64,000 nt of DNA from Eledone cirrhosa (lineage: Eukaryota). Below the pieces are notes generated by a model. The model had not been told where the DNA came from and made no database searches. It saw only the letters and a list, made by a program, of their open reading frames with translations. The translations under genes and the position numbers were made by a program. Below, in pieces: positions 1-12,810 of this stretch. Every line of letters begins with the position of its first letter. Position 1 is the first letter of the stretch. Where the stretch lies: positions 56,916,001 through 56,980,000 of the forward strand of contig OZ024745.1 in NCBI GenBank assembly GCA_964016885.1, written 5' to 3'.

Positions 1-243
1 ATATTAATATATTATTCTCTGTAATAATCTTAAGTTGTATTTGAATTGACGTTCTAATCTTTGCGTATGTATGTAATTATACTTTATGTGTGACATTGCA
101 TGCCTCTGTACGTACAGATTAACCCCCTATTATTCACAGATACACGAAGGTACAGGGATGTATTTAGTCTCTTTCACACACACTGAACTTTCTCTCAAAT
201 TAATTAAGGGGCCTCTGACAAAATATTACTGTCTAAAATAAGT

Positions 244-312
244 GGCTCTCTTAGATCAATGGTGAGAGCACTCAGCCGGTTTATGAGATACGAAGTTCGA
301 TTGCTCGTAGCT
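244..312 (+). mobile_element. Degenerate tRNA-like (pol III) SINE head
   Basis: A-box-like TAGATCAATGGTGAGAGCA and B-box-like GTTCGATTGC at tRNA spacing; no intact cloverleaf. Confidence 0.35.
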
Positions 313-1078
313 GTTGCTGTCAAAATCTTTCTTATAATTTTAACTTTCATTATCCGATTTGTATAAGATATTTTATAGCAACCTAGTGAAATTGCAGTTA
401 CTTTCTTCGCTTTAGAAGTCTATAGAGTCTAAGAATTCATTTCTTCAGCGAGACTAATGTTTTTAACATCATGAAACGAATGTTATCCTCCCCGGATTAC
501 TTTTCACCTTTGAGGTCTTTAATTGCTCTGGGGACCTCACTCACGTAGATTATACACATTGCCGCTGGATGCACTTTATGTACATCAGAACCTACTGTTC
601 TAACCCGATTTGGGGAGAAATGAAGTATTCTATCCAAAGAGAATAACCTGATGGCAGACACGATGGCTGACTTTTTTTACGAAGTCGGTGGATGATCTGT
701 CAGATAATTACTTCTGATCTAAGGTTAGATTCCACCTTAAACTTAAAATCACACCATGTCTTAGTGTTCAAATTCTTTACTAAAACTGCTACGAATTTCG
801 CACCTGCTTCTATCCTGAATGTAAGAAGTAAGACTTATTTTCAAGACAAGCTTTGTAAGCATTCTTCTTTCCTCAAGTGCCATCTAGGTACTCGGACTTT
901 TTCCGAAACAATTTGTTTTTGCTCCGTTTGGTTGACGAACGAGGGAATCTCTACTTGCTTCGGGAACTCCTAATAACTAGGAACTTATGCGCCAGTTTGC
1001 CATGTATTTTATACAATATACCGTATATATATAAGTCGATATATGTGTGTATATATGTATATATATATATATATATAT

Positions 1079-1461
1079 GAAAATAATGGAGCTGCGGCGT
1101 TGCAAATGGGTTACATATGAAAAAAGTTTGTCCTTCATCAGTGATCTTCCAACCATCATAGGCATTTCATCGCTTTAAAGACCATATACCTCCGGTTGGT
1201 GCGAACAACGGCTAAAAAAAGTCGTTGGGACACGTAAATAGAGGGTACACGAGGGTAAACAAACAAAATGGTTAAGCAACAGAAAGTTCCTTCCTCACTT
1301 TCTGTTGCTTAACCATTTTGTTTGTTTACCCTCGTGTACCCTCTATTTACGTGTCCCAACGACTTTTTTTAGCCGTTGTTCGCACCAACCGGAGGTATAT
1401 GGTCTTTAAAGCGATGAAATGCCTATGATGGTTGGAAGATCACTGATGAAGGACAAACTTT

Positions 1462-1469
<8 letters not shown>
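1079..1469. mobile_element. Fold-back insertion in (TA)n, probably PLE-derived; 173-bp arms (1115-1287 / 1297-1469), 9-nt loop
   Basis: Arms are reverse complements with no mismatch seen by eye; left arm carries an extra ~36-nt tail; (TA)n on both sides; CTGATGA at 1443-1449 without a matching GAAAC. Confidence 0.75.
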
Positions 1470-1527
<58 letters not shown>

Positions 1528-1640
1528 ATGGATATATGTATGTACAAACATATATATATATATACATACACACACAGGTATATGTTTCTGTACGTGTACG
1601 TGCCTGTATGTATCTGTATGTGTGTATGTGTGTGTGTATG

Positions 1641-1677
<37 letters not shown>

Positions 1678-2117
1678 CTGTGTGCCTGTGTGCCTGTGTG
1701 TCTGCGTGTCTGTGTGTCTGTGTATTAATATATTGATGTAGTGAAAGATTCGTGATCTGCTTGTTTTAAGGAAAGACATGCTATGGAGTGTGGACATACA
1801 TATATTATATGTTTTAAAACACGATATGCTGAAAACAGCTATATCATCTCTGCACAAACTACTTCAACTTGGGTTGAATAGCAACAACAAGAGTATAATG
1901 ATCTTATTGAACATATTCTTAGTGCAGGAATACTGGAATAGTATGAAATCGATCACCTATTTAATTAAAATTTAAATCTTCAACAGCGTACCATATGTAG
2001 TAATGTTGTGTATTACAATGTTTCTTTCAAAATAAAATTGATTGAACGAAATTAATAGTGAAGTACAAATATCATATATATATATATATATATATACATA
2101 TGTGTATGTGTGTGTAT

Positions 2118-2176
<59 letters not shown>

Positions 2177-2201
2177 TGTATGTGTGTGTGTGTGTGTGTG
2201 T

Positions 2202-2245
<44 letters not shown>

Positions 2246-3074
2246 CGTTGCCTTAGCATGATAGGCTATATTGGAAATGTATTGTTTGTATATAGTTGCA
2301 CAGAAATATCAATCTATCAATCATTCAGCGATAGCATAGTTCGCCCATGCTATTTCTCTGACGGAAATTAAACTATTACAATCGTTTCAATATTCTTTTG
2401 AAAACAACAATGATCTATATATGGGTATGCTATATATATTATGCTCGATATTGTAATGATAAATCTATATAAATTAGCTTTATGTATTCCAATTTTGCAA
2501 GATCTGGTGTTCTAGTTTCGGTAAAATAATAGCCTTCCATGATTTAACAATATTTCAAACATTACAATTATTTAAATATACGCTCATCTGAATATTTACT
2601 CTGTTCATCACATAAGTTTCTAATGTATATGTCTTTCAAATATACATTTCTATACTTATTCCATTCCGCTGTTTAAAATTTCATATTGAATTCTCATTCC
2701 TTGATAAATGTCGTTATATTTTTCGTTCATTTTCTCAGTGTAGCGTTTTCCCCATCACTCTGAATATTTATTTTTCTAATTTTACTTTGATAAATTCTAT
2801 TTCTTTATTATTTCTAATGCTATTACAATGAATGATACTTCAAATCGTACTGATTGAGTTTAAACCTCGAGATAGTATCAAGACACAAACTAATGTGTTG
2901 ATGCACGTTTGCTCATCGCAACTCAAAATATAGAACTGTGATGCTGTGTCTCGCTTGGGCCTAGCTAATGTGCTTATGGTTGCTGCATCATATTTTAAAC
3001 AGACTTCATGGTTTATATTTATTATTTTATACTACACTAGACCGCATGTATGTAAAAACATTAATTATTCACCC

Positions 3075-3135
<61 letters not shown>

Positions 3136-3138
<3 letters not shown>

Positions 3139-3196
3139 AACGAGTAGGACCCCGACGGCTGAGCTCAAGCCGTTTCGACGGCTAATTCTGGACTAA
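3136..3196 (-). mobile_element. Family A PLE-like fragment (3' half of hammerhead)
   Basis: Matches copies at 23481, 43382, 52981, 63838; minus strand reads GAAACGGCT-TGAGCTC-AGCCGTC-GGGG. Confidence 0.7.
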
Positions 3197-3210
3197 ATAT
3201 ATACGTTTTA

Positions 3211-3250
3211 GGAAATTCCGAAGGAAATTCCGAAGGAAATTCCGAAGGAA
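3211..3250. repeat. 12-bp tandem repeat (GGAAATTCCGAA) x3
   Basis: Direct reading. Confidence 0.9.
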
Positions 3251-3292
3251 AAGCAAATGAAAAAGAGTGCTCTATGTATAGAACAGAGCTAT

Positions 3293-3518
3293 TTAATTAG
3301 AAAGTGAACAACACAAAATATAACTACTCCATTACCAAAGGTTTGTGGTTCACAGACGAAAATAATATAATGCACGTCTGGATCGGTCGTGAGACAGAGA
3401 TATTATAACATCCCTGTCTCACGACCGATCCAGACGTATATTATATTATTATCGTCTGCGATCCAGAAACCTTTGGTAATGGAGTAGTTATATTTTGTGC
3501 TGTTCACTTTCTAAATAA
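3293..3518. mobile_element. Fold-back insertion, ~109-bp arms (3293-3401 / 3410-3518)
   Basis: Inverted arms with several mismatches; right arm has hammerhead-like GAAAC-CTTTG-GTA (3466-3478) after a CAGACG/CGTCTG hairpin; ends in TA run. Confidence 0.7.
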
Positions 3519-4327
3519 TATATATATAGTTTTTTGTTGCAGTCACTTTCAGTGAGCCAGGTCTACGAGCTATTCTCAGAATTATCCAATTGTCCGATTC
3601 TATACTATACTATCCCAACCCACTTGACGCACCAGTCTCCCTTGTTCTTGAACATCCATGCTATCTCATGAATGATAGTACAACTCAATATCTGTTCATG
3701 AAAACATATCTTTCTTATCGATACATATTGTTTAATATGCTCAATAGACGATGAGAGGCTATCAACCATGGAACTCATAGCTCATGATTTGGTAAGATAA
3801 GATCCGGGGCTTTAAGCCATGTTTGATAGATTATTGGTTCATATAAAGCACGATTTAATACTTAATCGCCTCATCCAAATGTGTCATACGCACGTAATCG
3901 TTATGAATACATCGCGATTACATTGATTTCTACATAAACACCTGTTCACAAATATGGCTTGTGGCTCAAATCTGTTGAAATATAACCATTTTGTTTAATG
4001 TTACAATAATTTGAACATGAAAGAGTAACAGGTAATATCGACATGAATGTTATTCCAATAACAATCATTAATAAAATACAGTAATATATTTTCCGGCAAC
4101 CTAAAGATTATGCCAGTTCACCACACTATAAAAATGCATTTCTTTTTCAGCTGCTCTAAGAAACGAAACAATTTTTGAATATTACAGTTCATTGATACTA
4201 TGTACAGACTGACACAAATTGAATCTTTTACCCATTATTATAGGTATGTTTAATGGACGCGAAACATGAATGACTAATTTCAGAATGATTAGAGAGATTT
4301 GATTTAATACACACACACACACAGACT

Positions 4328-4417
<90 letters not shown>

Positions 4418-4421
4418 CATG

Positions 4422-4637
4422 TTATCTCTTTCTCTTAATTTCGAGTATATTTTTTTGATCGGCCACCTTCCTGGTGGCAAGGTTGTAAAAGAAAGGAAAT
4501 TGTAATCCCTTGAATCGCAAGAATGTTTTGCAAATTTTGAAGGTGCCAGCTATCGCACCCATTTGTAGACTATGAATTAGGGAGCGGCGCTCTTTGTCCG
4601 GAAATCCAAGTTCAGTAATACTTTGGTCCAAACGGGT
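4422..4637 (-). mobile_element. Short 3' stub of the R4/Dong-type element
   Basis: Diverged copy of 4737-4952 (last codons and 3' UTR; stop TGA reads TTA); bounded by ATGTATGCATG and (TATG)n. Confidence 0.92.
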
Positions 4638-4672
4638 ATGTATGTATGTATGTATGTATGTATGTATGTATG

Positions 4673-4706
<34 letters not shown>

Positions 4707-4736
4707 TGTGTGTATTTGTGTGTGTATGTATGTATG
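4637..4736. repeat. (TATG)n/(CATA)n microsatellite between the two R4 copies
   Basis: Direct reading. Confidence 0.95.
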
Positions 4737-6860
4737 TTTTCTCTTTCTCTTAATTTTGAGTATACTTTTTTGACCGGCCACCTTCCTGGTGGCAAGGTTG
4801 TAAAAGAAAAGAAATTGTCATCCCTTGAATCGCAAGAATGTTTTGCAAATTTTGAAGGTGCCAGCTATCGCAGCCATTTGTAGACTATGAATTAGGGAGC
4901 TGCGCTTTTTGTCCGCAAATCCAAGTTCAGTCATACTTTGGTCCAAGCGGGTTGGTATATAACCCGTAGCACCAATAATGATGGGTATGAAGCTAAAGGT
5001 GTATCTTGGATACTGGATTTGTAAACTCCTCATCAATGGTCCGTAGATGTCCTCCTTCTCCTGTATTTTTCTGACAACGTTTACATCAAGTGGGCAGCTG
5101 ATCTCCACAACAGAACACGTTTTCAATGTGTGGTCCCAAACTACAATATCAGGCCGGTTGTGCTTTAATCTGGTGGCAGTTTTTATTTTCAGGTTCCACC
5201 AGTATTCCTTAGTGCCATCTGTCTCAATATATTCTTCCTCGTTTGTTGTTAATTTTGTTTTCCGAAGTGCGTTCCAGATGGTTCTAGCTATCCCATCGTG
5301 TCTCATGGGGAGGTAGTAGCGAGATGACATTCTTTCGCAGCTGGCAACAATGTGGCTTACATCCTCGATCTTTGTTTTACATAGCCTACATTTATTGTCA
5401 GCTGCTGGCCCTCCTCTTTTGTGCAGCAGATATTTGGTAGGGAGTTCTTGTTCCTGTATTGCATAGAGATATCCCTCAAGGTGTGATGTCATAAACTTGT
5501 CGGAACTCCATGCCAGGCTTTTTGAGTGGTTTATCCCCTCTATGGTCTGTGTTTTACGCCTCAAGTATCCATGCACAACTTTTTCTGTAAATTGGTCAAT
5601 TTGTTTTTCTTGTTTGAACATTGAATAGGATCTTCCGATTTCTCTGGGTGAGAGATTTATATCGGGCTTTATTCCATATCTCTCCTCCAGATCAGTCGCT
5701 ATTCTAATGATATTTCTTTTTTCATGGTCATAAACCTGGGCAAGATGGTTGCCAACCTTTTTCCTCTGTTGAAGGTGTTGCTTCAGTGTCACTATCCGGG
5801 TCTCATATGTTGTTAATATTGATTTTAGACCCCGGCCACCTTCCTTGCGTGAGAAGTATAGCCTATCCACATCACCATTGATGTTAAAGTTCCCAGTAAC
5901 ACTGAGAAGTTTTCGAGTTCTAACATCCATCTCACTTAGTTCTTGCAATGACCAGTTCAGTAGGCCAAATGTTGGCGTTAGAATTGGCACAGCATAAGTA
6001 TTGTGGGCAATGTATTTGTTGTATGCTGACAGTTCTGATGACCATATTTTCTTTACTCTTCTGAGGTATTCAGTTCTGGTTTTCTCCTTATTTATGGGTC
6101 CATCATATCTGACATTCTCATCCTGTCCAAGATATCTGTAGTTGTCACCTGACTGCAGAGGTTGTATTGTCAGGCCGTTCATCTCTAGATTTCTAGAGGA
6201 GGGCACAGCTCTTCCACGTTTTACTGCCAAATATGCACACTTGGATTCACCAAATTTCATTTTGATGTCGGTTGAAAATTGTGTAATGAGGTCCAATTGT
6301 TTCTTGATGTCATTGATATTTGGCCCATACAACTTCAGGTCATCAACAAAGAAAAGATGGGAGATACTTCTGGTCCCACTTCTTTGTCGACCTTGTTTCC
6401 TGAGTAGGTAAGATAGTGGATTCAGTGCGAGAACGAAGAGTAGCACCGACAAGCTATCACCCTGAAAGATGCCCTTCTGGTAATGTATCTTTTCAGTCCT
6501 AACCTGCTCCTTCTCACCTCTAAGGATCAAACTGGTGTACCAGTTCTTGGTCAGGCGTTCAACAGCAGCTACCAATGGTTGTGGGACTTTAGCTAACTGT
6601 AAAGCCTTAACAATCCACCCATGAGGTACACTATCAAATGCTTTTTGATAGTCCAGCCACACGACAGTCATGTTTCTGCGATTCTTTGTTGTTTTTTCCT
6701 GAATCATTTTGTTAGTTAGTAGGTGATCTATGCAACCCCACACCTCCCTCTTTCCACCAGCTTGCTCAGGTGTTATGATGTTGTTGGTAGCACAGTGATC
6801 CTGTAAGAACAGGTTAAGGCACCCAGTATATAATTTATACATGATGTTTTGGCAGGCAGT
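4737..6860 (-). mobile_element. 5'-truncated R4/Dong-clade non-LTR retrotransposon in (TATG)n
   Basis: RT plus C-terminal RLE ORF, ~80-nt 3' UTR, both ends abut (TATG)n arrays. Confidence 0.9.
4818..6860 (-). CDS. Reverse transcriptase plus restriction-like endonuclease (N-truncated, 680 aa open)
   Basis: RT motifs WLDYQKAFDSVPH, GIFQGDSLS, HLFFVDDLKLY, YRYLG, GGRGL; CCHC knuckle CRLC..EDVSHIVASC; RHD; RPDIVVWD..EISCP RLE motif typical of R4 clade. The ORF-track N-terminal HTYI repeats are microsatellite. Confidence 0.93.
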   Translation of the reverse strand, partial: TACQNIMYKLYTGCLNLFLQDHCATNNIITPEQAGGKREVWGCIDHLLTNKMIQEKTTKNRRNMTVVWLDYQKAFDSVPHGWIVKALQLAKVPQPLVAAVERLTKNWYTSLILRGEKEQVRTEKIHYQKGIFQGDSLSVLLFVLALNPLSYLLRKQGRQRSGTRSISHLFFVDDLKLYGPNINDIKKQLDLITQFSTDIKMKFGESKCAYLAVKRGRAVPSSRNLEMNGLTIQPLQSGDNYRYLGQDENVRYDGPINKEKTRTEYLRRVKKIWSSELSAYNKYIAHNTYAVPILTPTFGLLNWSLQELSEMDVRTRKLLSVTGNFNINGDVDRLYFSRKEGGRGLKSILTTYETRIVTLKQHLQQRKKVGNHLAQVYDHEKRNIIRIATDLEERYGIKPDINLSPREIGRSYSMFKQEKQIDQFTEKVVHGYLRRKTQTIEGINHSKSLAWSSDKFMTSHLEGYLYAIQEQELPTKYLLHKRGGPAADNKCRLCKTKIEDVSHIVASCERMSSRYYLPMRHDGIARTIWNALRKTKLTTNEEEYIETDGTKEYWWNLKIKTATRLKHNRPDIVVWDHTLKTCSVVEISCPLDVNVVRKIQEKEDIYGPLMRSLQIQYPRYTFSFIPIIIGATGYIPTRLDQSMTELGFADKKRSSLIHSLQMAAIAGTFKICKTFLRFKG

Positions 6861-6947
6861 ATGTATGTATGTATGTATGTATGTATGTATGTATGTATGT
6901 ATGTATGTATGTATGTATGTATGTATGTATGTATGTATGTATGTATG
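6860..6947. repeat. (TATG)n microsatellite at the R4 5' junction
   Basis: Direct reading. Confidence 0.95.
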
Positions 6948-7083
6948 CTTATGCCTATCCATCTATTTATCATCATATATATAAAATTTAGAAGTTTACA
7001 TACACATAAAGTCACAGATATATATGTGGCAACCGTACACGATGTGGCTCAATGAAGAATTAGTAAATTGAATAATCTGAGCA

Positions 7084-7942
7084 ATATATCATAAATCTTG
7101 TCCTTAGAATTATTAGATAAAATACCTACAATTTCCTCTCCCAATTAGCATAATTAACCATATAAAAAATTGATTAGACCAGGCTATAAGAATAAAGGCT
7201 CCTATGAAGAAATATTTGATAAATAACCTAAAGCAGCCTCTTCGCAGTTGACCACAATAGAGTATTTACCCAACATTTCAACAGCATTTAGAAACTGACC
7301 AAATATATCGTCAACCATACACAATTAGGTATAAATTAAAGTTAGAAGAAATGTGTACATACCGTAATTATATCCCTACCATGGTTTCGTTCGTATTTTG
7401 AGATATCATATTAAGGATAAATCTCGAGTATCAAACTCATCAGGAGACAAACTCAATAGGACAGTTAATTTTCCAAAGCGATCCCGCCAGAAATAGATTT
7501 AAAAAATGGCTAAGAATCGTGACTTGGCAGTGGTCAAGTTAGACAGAATGTGATTAGTTGCTTACGGCGAGTAGGCTGTTTGCTAGAAAGCGCAGCCCAA
7601 TATCGCCCAAATTGCATCTCAACCCAACGGGAGATTATTAAATATAAAGATTTACATATACATAAAGTCACATTTCTTCTAACTTTAAAGTTATACCTAA
7701 TTGTGTATTGTTGACGATATATTTGGTCAGTTTCTACATGCTGTTGAAATGTTGGGTAAATACTCTATTGTGGTCAACCGCGAAGAGGCTGCTTTCGGTT
7801 ATTTATCAAATATTTCTTCATAGGAGCCTTTATTCTTATAGCCTGGTCTAATTGATTTTTTATATGGTTAATTATGCCTAATTGGGAGAGGAAATTGTAG
7901 ATATTTTATCTAATAATTCTAAGGACATGATTTATGATATAT
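7084..7942. mobile_element. PLE-type insertion with ~272-bp inverted arms (7084-7355 / 7669-7942) and a hammerhead in the spacer
   Basis: Inverted arms with scattered mismatches; TA runs at the ends; hammerhead just inside the left arm. Confidence 0.8.
7373..7447 (-). ncRNA. Type I minimal hammerhead ribozyme motif
   Basis: Minus strand: TCTC-CTGATGA-GTTTG...CGAAC-GAAAC-CATG-GTA-GGGA; extended stem II, palindromic CATG loop, GUA cleavage triplet. Confidence 0.8.
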
Positions 7943-10267
7943 ATATATACCTGTGTGTATGTGTGTGTGTATGTGTGTATGTAAGTGTTGTTGTGTGTTT
8001 GTGTGCGTCGGTAACTTTTCTGCTTCTAATATTTAATCTCCTGAGTAAAATACAAAGTTTAAAAACTTCAATCGCTAGTTCGGGAAGCTAAACCATTCAA
8101 AATGCAAAATTTCTCTGAATATTACTATTAACGAATCATCGATTTCTCCCTTTCCTTTTTTCTCTCTTTTCTTCTCGTAACCATGCATTTATTGATGTAT
8201 TTACATAGAGTATATATTTTACTATTGACAGATGTCCAATTTATACGTTATTTAATAAGGGAAACGTACCTTTTTTTATGTAAATTTGGTTTATTTTGGC
8301 TACCGTAAATAGCCCTCGCTCACAGCGTATTCGACATTAACAGTTGTATAATTGAGAGTTATGTTACTACCAATTCACGTTGCTGTCTAAATTGGTTTTG
8401 GATAGCTTACTGAAATTGATTTTATTTATTGAAATGAAATACCTAGAAATAAAATTGGAAGAAAATGATGCAATCACTCACTGAAAATTTACAGTTATAT
8501 AACTAGTCCTTACGAAATCTGAAAAAAAAAAGCTTAACTATCCTCCTTAAGGAAAACTATAAGCTAAGAGGATAGTTTCTCCTGGCTTACTTAATCTGCT
8601 AGAAATACCAGCTAAATCCATACCACAACTAGTCATGGAATTACTGTGTTCGAAATTTGAAATAGCCACAGCTCGTTAGCCGTTGAACATAGACATGCTT
8701 ACGCATAACTGACCTAGAACTAAACAATAACTATAATAAATTGAAATATTTTATTCAATCAAGTGTACAATGGTTGTTTCTAACGTTTTACAGACATGCA
8801 AGTTCCATAATAAAACTAATATCTGAAATATACTGTTATACAGAAACTTATAAGGTAAAGAGTATTTCACCTGACATATTAAAAATATTATATAACCTGC
8901 TATATATATGAATGTACTTAATATATGCCTTTGTTTATACTCCAGCACTTCAAGTAATAGATGTTCCGCAGCAGGAGAGAAATAGACCATTAAAGAGTTA
9001 TTGTCAAAGTAATATGAAAGCTAGCACATCTGAGAACATGAGATCCAATAAATTATAAGCTTGGCATAAAGAGGCCCATATGAACTGAAACCTAAGAGAT
9101 ATGGGTAATTAAGCTGCCTTGTAAATTGTATGTTATATCAAACAAAACTGTTTTCAAAACAAACAAACAAGCAAATGCTTGCGAAAGGATTTCATTATTT
9201 TTCCACGAATCTGACTACAGCCAACTAGATGGAGTATTGAATTGATCTGGATCATGAATTGTCCGTAATTTGAGACTTGATAAACTGTATAATAACGTAT
9301 TTGGGGAGAAGCGGCTGAGGGGGGATAGAGTGGACAAATGATTATAATTTGTTGGAAGATGGCCACATATATACACAAAATCAATATCTTGTCGAGAAAC
9401 AGAATTTATCAAACTGAACAATGTAAACGTTGTTTCTACTTGACTATGTATGTTCAACGGACTGAACATAAAATATAAAGAATGACAATAACTTTACATA
9501 TTAATAAAACCTGAAATCGAGAAAAGAGAACACATTTTCATTGCTCTGCCACAATTCAGTGCTCAAGGTGCAGCTCTATGAACAAGTGTTCAGGTTGTGT
9601 CAACCAGTTTCAATTTGATGATGAGTGAATAATGTGGATGATATGTTTAGGAAGCCGGGAAATAGTGAAATCATTTTTATATGAATATAATTTAAAGAAA
9701 GAGTGATTGTACCGGTTCGAATTATTCTATTACACAAACTCAACAAATAATTCTCTAATATATAATAATGCTGTCATTGAAATAAAATTTTCTCTAAGCC
9801 AAAATCTCATTTGGGGAGGATATAAGCTAAATTGGCTACAATAAGTTGGATTTTGCTTATATAAAACCCATCTGAGTAGATAATTTATAAATATATCTTA
9901 ACCTTTCATTGAATTGTGTAAGTATTAGAGTTATAAATTAATATTGACTGTTCCATCATTGTTGAGCTGCTTTAGACAGTTATGGCTGCTATTTCCAACG
10001 TAGATATAATGCCGTGGTATTGTCCTAACAGATTAAGTGCAATATATTCATATTGTAATTTTGCGATGAAATACGTTGTTAACCATGGGGTCTAGGAACA
10101 ACATTGTCTGTATTATATATATTCAATTCGTCCCCTCAAAGTTGGATGTAATGATATAGTAATTCAGCGATGCAACACGTTGTTCACCATATCCGTTCCA
10201 GGAACGACACGCTATGAAAGATATGATATGTATTCAATTTGTTCTTCTATTAATGAGATAGAATTCA

Positions 10268-10365
10268 TCTCCCGATGAAGGAGCAAAATTTCTTCCAATA
10301 TTTGTTATTCAAAAATCTCGGCGTTTCTGGTGCTGTTTCTTGATTTCCAGAAACCATGGTCGGGG
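10268..10365 (+). ncRNA. Hammerhead ribozyme motif (CCGATGA variant, ~70-nt stem II) in a PLE 3' remnant
   Basis: CTC-CCGATGA-AGGA...TCCA-GAAAC-CATG-GTC-GGGG; followed by an AT-rich tail ending at (TA)n ~10543. Confidence 0.6.
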
Positions 10366-10540
10366 CATTATATAAGCAAAAACCGACTTATTTTAGCCGA
10401 ATTAGCTTATACCCACCCAACCCCAGCAGATTTTGGCTTAATTTTAATATATTCTTTTACTTCTCTGAGGAGATAATCTATCAATATATCTTATTCAATA
10501 TATCTTATTCAATGAGATGTGTATGTATTTGTGAGAATTA

Positions 10541-10603
<63 letters not shown>

Positions 10604-10894
10604 CTAATGTCCAGTATTTGGTATTTAATATCCTCCCAGGGCGGAATGAAAATTGAATTTTTATCTTTATAGAATCCCCCACGAATCGTTAATATAAATA
10701 CAAGTAATATACATTATTTAATTGCAGATTGCTTAAATCTAATAAATTTTGATTTTTTCCGCAAACAAGTAGCATGTCAATAAATAAATAGATAGATACA
10801 TTGATTGCAATACATAAGATTAATCATAGAATGTCATAAGAAAATTAGAAACGTCGATAGAAATAATAAAATTAATATCCGGAAACCCTGGGTG

Positions 10895-10943
<49 letters not shown>

Positions 10944-11060
10944 ATATGTGTTTGTGTGTGTTTGTCTGTGTGTATGTGTGTGTGTGTGTTTGTATGAATT
11001 GGTAGAATAAAATATGCATGTCATAGAATCATTGCTACAGCTGTCCCCGATGAAAGTATG

Positions 11061-11098
<38 letters not shown>

Positions 11099-11123
11099 CA
11101 TACTTTATATATATATATATGTA

Positions 11124-11193
<70 letters not shown>

Positions 11194-11724
11194 CATGTTT
11201 TAGCAAATAGAGAAAAAAGTTTTCAAATACATTTTTAAAAGTTTACTGTACTTACTATATTTACCCTTACCACGCGGTTTCCATTATCAAAATAAATGGA
11301 TAATCCATGCGGAACACCATTGAGATGGAGAATTTCGTCAGAGGGTTCTTCTCATTCGGAGAATATAAAATTCCCGAGCTCAAATCACGAACTGGCGCAT
11401 ACAGAACTGTCCCCAGATGAGAGTGTATGATAAGGAAACAATCTTGTCTAGTGCCGTTTGTAAAAATAGAAGGCAAGGGCGGAAAAGTCAATGTCCTACC
11501 ACTAAAATAGCAGCAGTAAAAACGACCAAAATTTTATCTCGACCTTAGGGGCTATTAATAATAATAAAGTATGTTTTCCTACGTGCAAAATCTGCATAGA
11601 GGGACACATGTATTATCCAACCGTATGCCAATGTGGTTCTATGGCAGGTTAATAAATTAACGAGCCAGAACATATATAATCAAGGTTTATCAAATATACA
11701 CATATATATATATATATATATATA

Positions 11725-12047
11725 GTCCCCCACCAACACACCACTCTCCAGAGCGTGAAATTAATAAACATTCGTTGTACTGCCTCTCTGTTTTGTCCCA
11801 GTTCAAATTTGTCCATTATATATAATACACGCTCACACGGCTTCCATTCCTTGGAACATAACTTAACTACCGGCTCAACCCCGATCTAATCCGCCGTGAC
11901 CTTTCTCCGAACTTTACACACCTTCCCACACTTGGTCTTTCCTTCCACGCATTACCTGTCCCATACCAACACCCCACTCTCCAGAGCGTGAAATTAATAA
12001 ACATTCGTTGTACTGCCTCTCTGTTTTGTCCCTGTTCAAATTTTTCC

Positions 12048-12050
<3 letters not shown>
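11725..12050 (+). mobile_element. Two tandem 3'-end copies of a repeat family (G) in (TA)n, possibly a Neptune-type PLE tail
   Basis: ~80-bp direct repeat (11741-11818, 11974-12050), diverged third copy ~14235-14315; 11848-11880 reads FLGT*LNYRLN, resembling the LGTLxPxGLN endonuclease C-terminus. Confidence 0.5.
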
Positions 12051-12130
<80 letters not shown>

Positions 12131-12152
12131 GTATATATGTATATATATATAT

Positions 12153-12295
<143 letters not shown>

Positions 12296-12708
12296 ACAAA
12301 TACAATCGTTCCCATATTCCTTTCCCTCTTGAAATTATATCAAATCAAAATTGTGCTGTTGGCTGTGATCCATATTTGATGAAACATCATTTCTCCGAAC
12401 ACTAGTTTAACGAGAGAATTTATAGACTCGAGGTCGACAGAGAGAACATTATGTAATTATAGCGTATGACATATTCACTGGAATTGACTAATTAGGGACA
12501 TGAATATCTTATCTACGTTAGTTGTCAACGTCGGCTGCACGGTTTAAACATCTCGTGCCAATATAGCAGGTAAATCAACACGTCTTCTTAAAATGGAATC
12601 TTACCTACTCATTGCAAATTTGTATTGTATTTAATTTATCGCTGTGCGTATGAGGTGTCACCCAGACCGTTTGGTAATGCACAAAAAATCAGATTGCTAA
12701 TATGTAAG

Positions 12709-12805
<97 letters not shown>

Positions 12806-12810
12806 CTATA

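Noticed and set aside
244-312. Functional tRNA gene
   Set aside because: Stems do not pair into a cloverleaf; treated as a SINE head.
3211-3250. NF-kB-like site cluster or CRISPR-like repeat
   Set aside because: No spacers, eukaryotic context, inside a mobile insertion, and no nearby promoter evidence.
6861-6962. N-terminal 34 aa of the 714-aa ORF
   Set aside because: Read-through from the (CATA)n array; the element is truncated at ~6860.
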